A stretch of DNA of 50,282 nt. Origin: a virus. Taxonomy: Duplodnaviria; Caudoviricetes. The DNA lies in IMG/VR virus record IMGVR_UViG_3300033485_000020, positions 1 through 50,282 of that record; one strand, given 5' to 3'. Under the pieces are notes generated by a model, which searched no databases, was not told the origin of the DNA, and worked only from the letters and a program-made list of their open reading frames with translations. The translations under genes were made by a program, and so were the position numbers. The stretch's first letter is position 1. The number at the start of each line of letters is the position of its first letter. Positions 29,301 to 37,534 of this stretch are shown here, in pieces.

Positions 29301-30842
29301 ATGGACTTCTTGGTTGTCCAAGGAAGGCCATGGAAGAGAGGACTGAGACTAGAGAATGTCTTTGATAAGGCACTAGATTTCTTTGGTTATCTTAATGAAA
29401 CATCTGAGATACTAACTAGACTCGCTGTGAGAGAAAGAGTAATCAAGAATGAAGCTGCTAAGGCAGGAATCACAGTTGAGCAAGCACTTAAGGATACAAA
29501 GATTAGAAAGAAAGCTTCATTCGCTGCACTGGATATGATGAACTTTGGAGACACAGGAGGATTCTCCAGGGCTATTAACAACGTGAGTCCGTACTTCAGT
29601 GCAAGGCTTACTGCTACTAGATCATTGTTTAGGACTTTCAAGCCAGGCAGTGGGACAGCAGCTGAGAACTGGTTGAAGATAGCTACGTTTGGTAGCTTGA
29701 TTACTGCTCTGTATATAGGAAACCACAAGAAGAATCCCAAGACTATGGAGCAACTAAGAGGTGATGGAAGGAACTTAAATTATTTAATTATACCTCTTGG
29801 TGACCAGTTTGGCTATCCAGATCCTGAGACTAAGCAGATGAGATATCCTTATATAAAGATTCCTATTGATAGCTCTCAGGTATTCTTTAAGACTTTGTTT
29901 GAGGCGCTTACGGATAAGTGGTTAGGGAAAGAAGTAGATGCGAATAGAGTTATTCAAGCCCTTAAGAATTCCAGTCCTGTGGATGTGACGGCTTATCCGC
30001 CACTTGCTAGTGCACTAACTGGCTATTGGCTGAATAAGGATTTCTGGAACGCTCAGGATATATGGAAGCAGACTGATAAGCCACTACCGTTAGCACAACC
30101 GAAGTGGATAAGCGGGGAGAAAGTTGGGAGGTCTGAAGAGGAATACCTTCCAGGGAAAACTCCTCAGTTCTTTGTTGACTTAGGGAAGGTAACTGGGCTG
30201 AGTCCAGAGCGTGCTAAGTATATGGCGGAGGAACTTTATACAAGTGATAGTACGTATGCTAAGTTGTTACTCTATGGATATGAAGAGGTGCTTAGTCAAC
30301 TCCCAGAGGACTACAGACAACAAGTGTTAGCTGATGCACTGTCAAAGGTTCCAGGGATTAAGAGGTTCTATGGAGTAACTAATCCTCAAGCCAAGGGAAT
30401 GGTTGAGTATAGGAAGTTAGCTGAGAAGGAAGATGCTGTGCTGTGGACACAGAATAGAGGATTAGATGAGAGGATGAATAGGTACTTTAATGCCACGCAA
30501 GCAAATCCAAAACAGAAGTCAGATCTTAATCAGGAAGTGATTGACTATATTTCTGGCTTCAAGGATAAAGAAATTAGGAAGAGAATGATAGATGATTATA
30601 AATTTACTAGATCCATTAGACAACTTCCTAATAGACAATTCTGGCTGAATATGAAGAGGCTTGGGATTGAGCAGAGGGCTGAGTACTATTTGTGGAAGAT
30701 GAGAAATTCACCTCAGGATGAGATAGATCAGATCAATAAAGAGTCTGCAGTTATAATGAGAATAGGTGGGATTATTACTAAGGAATTTAGACATAAGGTT
30801 CAGCTGCAGCAAGCAAGAGAACGTGAGTCCAATTTAAAATAA
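23367..30842 (+). CDS. Giant polyvalent internal virion protein with embedded DNA methyltransferase domain
   Basis: About 2,490 aa at the end of the virion arm. MTase motifs DIFAGIG and IFTSPTY, a GemA-like insert, and a helical LPD38-like C-terminal region. Confidence 0.75.
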   Translation: MPLTDQMDLELEKYYRNKSIKTSEPVQASTDDIDTQLEAYYRKKKVSSAPPPKPKEEPKPMTLPPERRSVGILPVPMEMGREGGGEWGGGRLAKPLEGPAKSVESFIEGVGEALDPRPIITETYKRWKEGDLPGMAEIISGGFVSKDLLEGKTTGISGIEKLNVGAKALLKGNPVEAANEAAKAIPFFGPMLEAVQYYLDQGEYAKAAGLTTGILIPFKAGQILHNIRMAEASAKAAKRYERVAVDTSRQEAAISQMPEGSQKETATAQVEKVKKSNKAKAEKIVQEEAQKAVVKADVAAKARQVKERKKMRAVPEIAKETKAEVPTVPEKSIEDIMAPVKELEAQQKAKGEPIRVKVPSVMRVSEVPSKINETQWVKENAPDIYREAERRTRERTSEIWDEARRQTERAKIAQEKEFIIQPDEYAALDAHFDDWTEVPTSELVEFLQNRRRGKVEPSKRTPEVFEDEATLERELAEIEAEFTPDKMEIKKGVPAATPSLSKVEALNAVREKLDTLRKQQEAEVDAFLDDIDLGLGVEESPGLVGEVSPFRTDPSATKAQSIAYGKNPLVAASMEELTNPSAPKDPMITSHKLMNDFNRWLDGEEVSVEQTRNFLSDLASKTDDFKWTFMDELGNLDVEAFSEWKDFISEGAKWARKTERGGVRSTLTSLYMGLPIDEAWNQMKVWYSALRKAAEVKLPNKVTGAQLKNTFVSKNSKGEDVFNKGVTEAEWRAIGLEDIYRPEALIEKSEILKRIDESTVEFKDVILEDKPHKNFVEWARERGLDTREREAYEIYEDEYGVKAERTKFSSYQEPGGSNYKELFVTAPATKTSDWNKAFRVVEQDGKFNIMSPDGELFIPRDRLYNTREEALARIAREKDVSVEEGMNKVSTPKWQDGHSDYSDIENPIVRLRMNDRVDAQGNKVLFLEELQPPVPDQQAKMPPALQKRWREIGMKRAIKYALDNGYDKVAWTTGEMQANRYSLDKQISSIDYWKNSDGTYQLWPNGVQQADFSHIPAERLPEYVGAEVAQRIIGNEGEYARGDVEYAAMLYQRRIGRDHLLTEEAHPDGGYISRYSEEFKSSPEWKSYVDGKTLQGLDLKNEEKGLRKLYDQGLPNVAKKLGGRVESVELPSGRSAETFEEFQSRMVPEDRNAPLEVQRRWYDEIIPDNRNRFITVSSISLEPFKSKIGEGFSLYSGIPIDEIVKRLGKIHPATYPKTIQKTMAAIAYELKVTDILDIFAGIGNIGKLKEYGYTGNIRASEIEPKWGGESTKSLHKARGVDESYIGDSRKLPIADESVQAIFTSPTYGNMMAARSPSRIDTYQALAGGKLKKGNTGGEVWGPEYEKLHREAYDEAYRIVKPGGFFVLNMKDKPVSAVDAKNNWIPKRGSTVEVRDNVMKATDWHIRALEDAGFEYIETITVEEAKAGSATQLYLRRYTTGTENIVVMGKPDQAGKVRSLKANRIRSMLDIEKSWSGKGQMLYSGIPLNKLLEVGKLWKKYSDDYELAKHIPFKVQLQTFRENFNKHWLSQSGNIRRALEQYGDRGHEILQAQLTTKNGHPRAVNKHRQLIKEYDHGLSKELRDIRDQLILAERMLSISKTESGKKMKYPEAFTPERSKIISEAIGSKTINGIRDLTPEEVAKIRKSTEAYFEHHKMLIEDRYKAGLIGKEERDNLIANNFEKFRNVKDITPANTFDRKREVNVGGKKIQVYDSGIDTLAKGRTTDILEKNSALLALEEMHRTYAGLANNEAMTLILDTARRDPNNPFARVSEPQVIELAEQPKKRTELVRSIHIKKNELAMSDYEYKARLKKETGHTSTKQLTDKQLAAFDTSLGGPSKGYAKGSGQKIPKGWKRHFVYENGARKIVWLEPKFSGEFITSGNDVSGALAKTLKWLTLTPVVRTFATTIEPVFALANFPRDITHALFAARTFENGKYKSLYQVTHPTSILKMPADFKAVFKDAFKRTGRYNDYIDDGAGMDFLVVQGRPWKRGLRLENVFDKALDFFGYLNETSEILTRLAVRERVIKNEAAKAGITVEQALKDTKIRKKASFAALDMMNFGDTGGFSRAINNVSPYFSARLTATRSLFRTFKPGSGTAAENWLKIATFGSLITALYIGNHKKNPKTMEQLRGDGRNLNYLIIPLGDQFGYPDPETKQMRYPYIKIPIDSSQVFFKTLFEALTDKWLGKEVDANRVIQALKNSSPVDVTAYPPLASALTGYWLNKDFWNAQDIWKQTDKPLPLAQPKWISGEKVGRSEEEYLPGKTPQFFVDLGKVTGLSPERAKYMAEELYTSDSTYAKLLLYGYEEVLSQLPEDYRQQVLADALSKVPGIKRFYGVTNPQAKGMVEYRKLAEKEDAVLWTQNRGLDERMNRYFNATQANPKQKSDLNQEVIDYISGFKDKEIRKRMIDDYKFTRSIRQLPNRQFWLNMKRLGIEQRAEYYLWKMRNSPQDEIDQINKESAVIMRIGGIITKEFRHKVQLQQARERESNLK

Positions 30843-30850
30843 ATGTGACT
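30826..30850. promoter_or_regulatory. 25-bp quasi-palindromic site, copy 7 (convergence of the two arms)
   Basis: agtccaATTTAAAATAAATgtgact; spans the gap between the two convergent stop codons. Confidence 0.85.
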
Positions 30851-32064
30851 TATGCTTCAACTATCCCTTGCATAGGATCGCCCAGAGTGTGGATCACAGT
30901 ATCTGCACCTGGGCGTCTTACTATTACAACATACTTCATTGCCTCGAGAGTGGTTAACAGACGATCCATCATAAACTTATCAGCATCTCCTTCAAAACGT
31001 CGAGAGAATTCCCAGAGAGGAATGTCCTTACCTTTTGCATTAGCGAAGAAGATAATTGCTTCGTTGATTAGCGCGGAGATATCTGAGCGACCAATTCCTC
31101 TAAACACAGTTCCCATCTTCATCTCAACTTCGGCAAGTAAGTAAGCAGCCCTCTCAATGTCATCTGAGGTGATGATTAAGCTATCATTCCTACTCGCACT
31201 ACATATCATAGCAAGAGTGTTTAGATGATTCCTTCTCCTCCCATTATAGCCGTCGAACTTCTTATCTTGAAATGGAGGATGCTTGTCAGCTTCCATACAC
31301 CAGTCTGCATAGAAACTCATAGCGGCCTCTGTGAACCTAGCAGCTCCACTTAACAAGGCTATTCGCTCAAGATCATGGATAAGGTATTGTTGGAGCTCGA
31401 GTTCAGCTTTTGTTGCTGCAGGAAATACGACAAGTTTATTACGCTTGTCTTCATTGACAAAGATGATTCTAGACGTGAGACCGCCACCGATAGCTTCCAT
31501 AGGGAAGGAACTTTGTATATTGTCAGGAGTAGTGCCTGCAAGTAGATTAACCCAGACTCCGACAACTTCTTCCTTATCACGCTTAATCGTATCATAGACC
31601 CACCTATCTTTACAATCATACCAGTCGCATAGAGCTGACATTAGTTCTCGATTGTGATAGCCGAGGAATACAGTAAACTCATCGCTGAAGATTGTAAGGG
31701 ATGAATGAAACTGTTGTTTTCCTGTCTCGAGGTCGACGTCTGTAAGGTTAGTATTCTTCATTCCTCGGATGAGAGCTTGAAGGGATGTAGCCTGGGCGCT
31801 CATCTTGATGGAAGGAATTTCTTTTAGTATGTCATAGCTGAACCGCATCGCTGTGCCTTTGCCAGTAGCTGATGGGCCGACTAGGACGACATATAAATTA
31901 GGGAAAATAGTTAGAGATAATCCAAGTTCAAGCCTTACCTTTCGTTGAAGTGCTGCGGCAATCGTGGAGATAGCAGACCACTTCCGATATAATATAGGTG
32001 GTTCGCTATTTTCCGTAAGACACATAAAGCCTTCGATCCAATCAGGGAGGTTTCTATCCGACAT
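30850..32064 (-). CDS. DUF3987/YfjI-like P-loop ATPase (putative replicative helicase)
   Basis: PNLYVVLVGPSATGKGT, FSDEF, GGLTSRIIFV; adjacent to the polymerase. Confidence 0.75.
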   Translation of the reverse strand: MSDRNLPDWIEGFMCLTENSEPPILYRKWSAISTIAAALQRKVRLELGLSLTIFPNLYVVLVGPSATGKGTAMRFSYDILKEIPSIKMSAQATSLQALIRGMKNTNLTDVDLETGKQQFHSSLTIFSDEFTVFLGYHNRELMSALCDWYDCKDRWVYDTIKRDKEEVVGVWVNLLAGTTPDNIQSSFPMEAIGGGLTSRIIFVNEDKRNKLVVFPAATKAELELQQYLIHDLERIALLSGAARFTEAAMSFYADWCMEADKHPPFQDKKFDGYNGRRRNHLNTLAMICSASRNDSLIITSDDIERAAYLLAEVEMKMGTVFRGIGRSDISALINEAIIFFANAKGKDIPLWEFSRRFEGDADKFMMDRLLTTLEAMKYVVIVRRPGADTVIHTLGDPMQGIVEA

Positions 32065-32076
32065 GAGCGAGTGTCC

Positions 32077-32376
32077 TTATTCCTTAACAAATAGTCCATT
32101 TACCATCTTACCTTTGCGATCTTTGATTTCAATGTAGGCAGCAGCATAGCATTGAAACATATCAAGGCTATTTAATTTAGCTATCAACGTCTGAACTACC
32201 ATCATATCACCTATGGCATCCCTAACATCTGCAACAGAGCCATTTGAGATAGCTGCACAGAGTTCTTTGAACTCTTCTTCTAATTTTATAATCTGTGCCT
32301 CAGATGATGTAGATTGTAGTATGTTTCGATCTTTTGCCCAGCTAATTACCATCTGCTCTACGTCTGCAAAGTTCAT
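32077..32376 (-). CDS. MazG-like NTP pyrophosphohydrolase
   Basis: KLEEEFKEL...DAIGDMMV...IKDRKGKMVNGLFVKE. Confidence 0.88.
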   Translation of the reverse strand: MNFADVEQMVISWAKDRNILQSTSSEAQIIKLEEEFKELCAAISNGSVADVRDAIGDMMVVQTLIAKLNSLDMFQCYAAAYIEIKDRKGKMVNGLFVKE

Positions 32377-34861
32377 CGTAAGTCTCCTGAAGTTTAATTG
32401 CTAAGTTGTCAATGTTAGACGGGAATGACTTGCTTTTGAGTTCTATCATGGACTCTTTACACATATTAAAGCCGATAGCTAAGTCAACAGGTGTGGCAAA
32501 CTCAGTATCATGCCAAGTGAGAGGGGTTTCCAATGACTGCTTAATCATTGAGAGCATCCTAGCGTGCTCGAGCCAAGGGAGAGATAGTGGGATTTGGAAT
32601 ACTATTGAGTCATGAATCTGAGCGAGGAGTTCTATAGGGCTAAAGAGATCTTGGTTGTAATAGATAAATTCTACTCCTTGTTCATTTATCTTATCAGCGC
32701 AAGTACTCTGTGCCATTTGAGCATAGGCTTCTCTATATGTATCTTGGCAGGCACTAAGTGATGTGTTGCGATCTGGATGGACGGGGCCTAGGAACATCCT
32801 TGAGCGGCCAAACAAGTTAATAACAACCCTTGATTTCTTCAACATCTCTTGGATGATTAGTTGATAACCACCTCTTATTTGTGGATAGCCTTTGTGAATC
32901 TTCTCGAGCATGTACTTAGCTTCAGCTTCAGGTATCTCATTTACCAGAGCGAAGGTCTTATATCCAACATCGTAGTTGATAGCATGATTACCTTTCTTTC
33001 CCCAGTATCGCTCACTCTGACGACCATCACCTAGGTCTGAAGATCCATCTTCGTTGGAGATTTGATCATAGGGTTTGTTGAAGATAACAGAGGCTGTCAG
33101 CTTGTGTAGATCGATCCCTGATTCGAAAGCTTCAATCTGCGGAATAACTCCTCCAACATAAGCCACGATTCTGTTTTCGATCTGAGAGAGGTCAAAGCTG
33201 TATCCGATATAACCGTCATCGAATAGGAAGAATCGTAAAAGGTCATGCGGCCAGTTTTGTTGGTTACCTCCAGTTCCAAAGATAGTTTCACCCGAACTAA
33301 GTCTACCTGTTTCCGCACCAACTGGTTTGTAAGACGATCTATAGCGTCCATCCCTGTCAACCTTTCCTATGTTTAAATAAGTTGAAATACGCTTCGTCAA
33401 GCTGCGAATGTCAAGCATTATGCGAGCAGCTTCGGAACCCTTTACTCCGAGCCGAAAGATGCGCTTGAGTGCGTCTACATCAGTAGAGTCCTGGTGAGTG
33501 TTGCGGTTTTTGTAGGGCCTGATTCCACAGTCTTTGTAAAAGTACTGCATCAACTGATCTGGTGAATTATAGTTTATATCACGTCCTACTTCGCTTCTTA
33601 ATTTTTCCGCAAGATTATCTAATGTACATTGTTGTGTGTTTCTATACTCTATCATTCCCTGCACATCAACTCGAATTCCACGCTCTCCCATGTAAAGGAG
33701 AGGTTCAATGAGTTTACGTTGGCGCTGATAAGTTTCAATATTCCCTTGTTTAGAAAGAACTTGAAATTGCTTAGGGAATGCTTCGAGTGGGACTATAGAG
33801 TCCATGCCATTATAGTTCCACCATTCTTCCCAAGTTCCTGCACCGAGTTTCATCCACTGCTTACCATCAGCCTTGTAATAAGGAATATCAGTATACATGC
33901 TAGTGACAAAGTCAAGACCAGCAGGGAAGTCAGGATAGGATATTTTCTGTGCAATTTGAGTACAATGAAGAACGCCACGAGGTCTAATGCCATACTTACG
34001 AAACAAAAACTGAGTATCAAATATAAAGTTAGCACCGACTTTAGCTATCCTTTCTTCTTGTAAGATTTTGGCGACGAGGAGCATAATCCCAAGCTCATCG
34101 TCTGGGTTAAAATAATCACCTTGCGAGGATCTAAAAGGGATACAAGCGGCGTGAGTACTATCCCATCCGACGGAGAGACAATCGACCTCACCATTGATGA
34201 CTTCAATATCGAGACTAAGTACTTGGCCTCTGAGCCCGACCTCATAACAATAGTTGAGAAGTCTAACACTCTCGTCATAAGAAGGTTTAGTATAGATTGT
34301 GCGACCGATTCGACGAATACCTTTGAATTCTGATTCAGCTTTGGCACGGAGTAAGTCCTCGCAAATTAAGGGTTTATTGAGAAAGTTGAATTTGGGTGGA
34401 ATGAAAGTTGCTGGATGATAAGTAGGGAGAACTTTCAATCCAGGAACAAGAGTTGAGTCTAGTACAGAGCTACGCCATCTACCTATGCCCATTCGATTAG
34501 TGAGTGCTATGAGGGCTACGTTGCCGAGAGCTACGATACAATTAAGGGTACGATTTCTAAGTTCATTTCCTAACTCCTGAATATACTGATAACCTTCAGG
34601 ATGGATAGTGAACTTACCTTTCTTAAAATCAAGGTCTATGTAGTGAGCTAGTGGCATATCGAGGTCTTTGATTACATTGGTGAGGTAGAGATCCCTACGC
34701 AGAATTTTAGTCATCATCAAGCAATCATCAAGACCTTGACCTGCAGGACCTATGAAACCACGAGGAGGATTGGCTCTGATTTCTTGAACTCCAGGCTGCT
34801 CACCACAAATGCCGAGTTTGGCATCTGGAGGACCGTTAGGCGGAACGAAGGTTCGCTTCAT
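32342..34861 (-). CDS. polA: Family A DNA polymerase with N-terminal uracil-DNA-glycosylase-like domain
   Basis: UDG4-like GEQPG, FIGPAG, TNV and YHP. Exonuclease LDIE, N..FD, YNGMD. Pol motifs ETGRLSS, DLSQIE, KKGNHAINY, QIHDS. Confidence 0.93.
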   Translation of the reverse strand: MKRTFVPPNGPPDAKLGICGEQPGVQEIRANPPRGFIGPAGQGLDDCLMMTKILRRDLYLTNVIKDLDMPLAHYIDLDFKKGKFTIHPEGYQYIQELGNELRNRTLNCIVALGNVALIALTNRMGIGRWRSSVLDSTLVPGLKVLPTYHPATFIPPKFNFLNKPLICEDLLRAKAESEFKGIRRIGRTIYTKPSYDESVRLLNYCYEVGLRGQVLSLDIEVINGEVDCLSVGWDSTHAACIPFRSSQGDYFNPDDELGIMLLVAKILQEERIAKVGANFIFDTQFLFRKYGIRPRGVLHCTQIAQKISYPDFPAGLDFVTSMYTDIPYYKADGKQWMKLGAGTWEEWWNYNGMDSIVPLEAFPKQFQVLSKQGNIETYQRQRKLIEPLLYMGERGIRVDVQGMIEYRNTQQCTLDNLAEKLRSEVGRDINYNSPDQLMQYFYKDCGIRPYKNRNTHQDSTDVDALKRIFRLGVKGSEAARIMLDIRSLTKRISTYLNIGKVDRDGRYRSSYKPVGAETGRLSSGETIFGTGGNQQNWPHDLLRFFLFDDGYIGYSFDLSQIENRIVAYVGGVIPQIEAFESGIDLHKLTASVIFNKPYDQISNEDGSSDLGDGRQSERYWGKKGNHAINYDVGYKTFALVNEIPEAEAKYMLEKIHKGYPQIRGGYQLIIQEMLKKSRVVINLFGRSRMFLGPVHPDRNTSLSACQDTYREAYAQMAQSTCADKINEQGVEFIYYNQDLFSPIELLAQIHDSIVFQIPLSLPWLEHARMLSMIKQSLETPLTWHDTEFATPVDLAIGFNMCKESMIELKSKSFPSNIDNLAIKLQETYDELCRRRADGN

Positions 34862-35043
34862 ATAACACCAGCCAATGCAAATGCTGCCCAGAAAATAACT
34901 AAGATATTTTCAAATAGTTTAAAGCAATCTTCTTTCCTGCTCCACTTTACTACTCTAGGATATTCTTTTACTGCTAGAGTTAGGAGTAAGGATATGAAGT
35001 GGATTATTTGAAAGGCTAGAACAAATATTACTAGAACTTTCAT
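34858..35043 (-). CDS. Small two-TM membrane protein
   Basis: Two hydrophobic segments, GGAGG RBS, overlaps the pol start (ATGA). Confidence 0.6.
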   Translation of the reverse strand: MKVLVIFVLAFQIIHFISLLLTLAVKEYPRVVKWSRKEDCFKLFENILVIFWAAFALAGVI

Positions 35044-35056
35044 CAGCTAACCTCCG

Positions 35057-35081
35057 AGTCATATTTATTTTAAATTTAACT
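35057..35081. promoter_or_regulatory. 25-bp quasi-palindromic site, copy 8
   Basis: agtcatATTTATTTTAAATttaact. Confidence 0.85.
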
Positions 35082-35085
35082 TCCG

Positions 35086-35322
35086 TTAAAAGATCTTTAC
35101 TATAGGATCGCCCATTCCCCACTTAGGCCTTCTTAGTCTGATAATCTTAATTGTTGAAGGAAGGCCGGAGTGTATGAGATCTTCCATATTTATCTGATAT
35201 GGATCAACTATCAATGCTTTAGGTATCCCATCTTTGTTTTCTGGTCCTATAGCACTAACACAACTAACTACTGGTATGGCTGGTAGAGCAAGCGCATACT
35301 TGAAAAAATTTCTTCTGTCCAT
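35086..35322 (-). CDS. Small protein with Tat-like N-terminus and portal-like C-terminal segment
   Basis: MDRRNFFK plus hydrophobic stretch; LIVDPY..N.EDL...IRLRRP.WG.G matches this phage's portal; AAGGAG RBS. Confidence 0.7.
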   Translation of the reverse strand: MDRRNFFKYALALPAIPVVSCVSAIGPENKDGIPKALIVDPYQINMEDLIHSGLPSTIKIIRLRRPKWGMGDPIVKIF

Positions 35323-35336
35323 AATATCTCCTTTGT

Positions 35337-36653
35337 TTAACTTTTCATTAAGTGTGCTTTAACCAAGAACGAATCCTTATACGCCTTCGATAACTCAAAA
35401 CCAAGGGCAGCCATACCCAGTTGATTCGCGGCAAGAAGACCATTACCAGAACCCAGAAAAGGAATAAGCACGCGAGAACCCGGAAAAGCAAACGTCTCAT
35501 AAAGCTCCTTCATTAGTTCTACTGGTCGTTCTGTTGGGTGAGTTTTCTGAGTTGGTGGGACAGGAGGGAAGCGAAACTCATTGGAGTGACCCGCTTTGTT
35601 AAGGGCAGGATTACCTTTCCATGCGTAGAAGAACATTTCGTAGGAGTTGCTTAGACGAATCGCAGGGTTCATGTTTTGACCGGGAGTTCCCTTAGTCCAT
35701 ATGCCGCACATTCGAGTGGTTTCAAATCCAGCGCCAGTGATAGCGTTGTAGATTATCTCAAACCACGGCTGAGGAGCGAACCAACAGATGAGCCAAGAGT
35801 GCTGAGCCATTACTCGGTAGCATTCCTTGAATACTTTGTAGATGAATTTTGGATAGTCGTCTGAGTCTACTTCGTTATAGTTTTCCAGGTTATATTGAGA
35901 CTCTCCATCCTTCCTTTTCTGATCTCCAAGACGAATGGCGTAGGGAGGATCTATCTCAACCAAGTGCATTACGTTATCAGGGATTTCCTTCACGCCCTCA
36001 AAGAAATCTTTGACAACATAGGAATTTGATAACTTCTGTAGGCTAAAATCACTCTTGTCAGATTCAAGTTTCTGAGCAATCACTTGCTTAACAACTTCCT
36101 CATCTATCTTCTTAAGCACTTTAGATGCATCAGAAGCTGTTTTACAATTCTCGAATAGTTCTGGAAATGCCTCCCGAGCAGTAGCTCGTTTGATAGCCTG
36201 GGTTACTTGAGGCTGGGAAATACCTACCATTGATCCAGTATCTGCGACAGTCCAACCTGAGTTGCCAGGTCCAGGAACTGGAACACCGTGGAGTTGTTGT
36301 TGGAGAGAATGGATTTCGAGAGTGAGTGCATCAAGTTCCCAGTATTCAAAGTCCTTACGAAAGAAGTTCTCAGCCTTCTCAATGATCTTCATCTCGAGGT
36401 CTGAAAGTTCTTGTTCATAGATTCGTACTGGAATCTCAGTCACATTGTTACGTTTTAGGACTGTATATCTTCGTTCGCCAGCTAAGAGACGAAATGTTCC
36501 ATCTTCGTTGGCGAGGACTGCGAGTGGAGAGATGAGACCACTCTCCTTCATATTAGCTTCTAATCCATCCAAGTCACCCATCTCCTGACGAGCACGTTCT
36601 TCGATGGTTATTAAGTCAGTTGGAACCATTCCTACTTTGCCTACTTCAATCAT
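35337..36653 (-). CDS. ParB-N domain fused to N4/N6 DNA methyltransferase (beta class)
   Basis: ParB motif GLISPL...LLAGERR, HTH-like linker, IDPPY, HPTERP, PFLGSG. Confidence 0.9.
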   Translation of the reverse strand: MIEVGKVGMVPTDLITIEERARQEMGDLDGLEANMKESGLISPLAVLANEDGTFRLLAGERRYTVLKRNNVTEIPVRIYEQELSDLEMKIIEKAENFFRKDFEYWELDALTLEIHSLQQQLHGVPVPGPGNSGWTVADTGSMVGISQPQVTQAIKRATAREAFPELFENCKTASDASKVLKKIDEEVVKQVIAQKLESDKSDFSLQKLSNSYVVKDFFEGVKEIPDNVMHLVEIDPPYAIRLGDQKRKDGESQYNLENYNEVDSDDYPKFIYKVFKECYRVMAQHSWLICWFAPQPWFEIIYNAITGAGFETTRMCGIWTKGTPGQNMNPAIRLSNSYEMFFYAWKGNPALNKAGHSNEFRFPPVPPTQKTHPTERPVELMKELYETFAFPGSRVLIPFLGSGNGLLAANQLGMAALGFELSKAYKDSFLVKAHLMKS

Positions 36654-36856
36654 TAACTACCTCCAGTTAAAAGTTTTAATAATTCAGCTGCTTGATCAGA
36701 GTCTACTTTTACATCTAGTTTCTTCTTAGTCGTTGTCGTCTTGGTCGTTTTAACTGGTGCTCGGCGAGCTAAGCGAATTTGCCTTAGCGTCTCGAGCGCT
36801 TCGTCGTTGGTCATCTCGGTTATAGATTTATATCCCAGATCGTCCAGATTTGCCAT
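36653..36856 (-). CDS. Hypothetical protein
   Basis: Coupled ORF with GAGG RBS. Confidence 0.6.
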   Translation of the reverse strand: MANLDDLGYKSITEMTNDEALETLRQIRLARRAPVKTTKTTTTKKKLDVKVDSDQAAELLKLLTGGS

Positions 36857-37094
36857 CCTTTACCTCCTCTGCTTGCTGCATAGTAGGAATTATATCCCTT
36901 GGTTTGACAGCGCCGGACATTAGGATGCCGAGAGAGACAGGGCCGTATGACTCAATCATGTCTAAGACATCGTCCAGTATTGCGCTGAAGATTGCACGTC
37001 TTAGTCCGTATTGGTTGAGGAGTCTATCGGCCCTGGCTTTTTGAGCTTCTGTTATTTCAAATGAGAATCGTCTAATATAATCTTCAACGCTCAT
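36828..37094 (-). CDS. Putative ribbon-helix-helix-like DNA-binding protein
   Basis: RRFSFEITEAQ strand followed by two helices. Confidence 0.45.
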   Translation of the reverse strand: MSVEDYIRRFSFEITEAQKARADRLLNQYGLRRAIFSAILDDVLDMIESYGPVSLGILMSGAVKPRDIIPTMQQAEEVKDGKSGRSGI

Positions 37095-37534
37095 AGTGAG
37101 TATGTCCTTACTTTTATGTTTGAGTTAGACATTAGAAAGTTAGTGTGTGGATCGTAGAGAGTTAGTTCTTTGCATACTATCTCAGCAATCCCAGCGTTGA
37201 TTAAAGTGCCGAAGCACTTGGAGCATGGGACTACTGTGTTGAGATAGAGAGTGCATCCGATAGTACTTGTACCATTCCGAGCTGCATTTGAGACAGCGTT
37301 TTCCTCAGCGTGTTGTGCAGGACAGTGTTCCATCCCTTCGCCACTTAAGAATCCTTTGACTCGACGAGGACAAAGGTCACCTTCACAGTGAGGAATCCCG
37401 CGAGGAGGGCCATTATAGCCTGTGGAAACTAATGAGTTATTAAAGACTAAAATGGCCCCTATCTGGCGGGAGAGGCAAGGGGATTTTAAGGAGACAGCGC
37501 TGCAGATTGTTAGGAAGTATCTATCCCAGTTCAT
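37091..37534 (-). CDS. dCMP deaminase
   Basis: SPCLSRQIGA, TGYNG, HAEENA, PCSKC. Confidence 0.93.
   Translation of the reverse strand: MNWDRYFLTICSAVSLKSPCLSRQIGAILVFNNSLVSTGYNGPPRGIPHCEGDLCPRRVKGFLSGEGMEHCPAQHAEENAVSNAARNGTSTIGCTLYLNTVVPCSKCFGTLINAGIAEIVCKELTLYDPHTNFLMSNSNIKVRTYSL

Noticed and set aside
30845-31597. Plus-strand ORFs opposite the helicase, and similar short antisense ORFs elsewhere
   Set aside because: They overlap well-supported genes on the other strand and lack RBSs or recognisable motifs.
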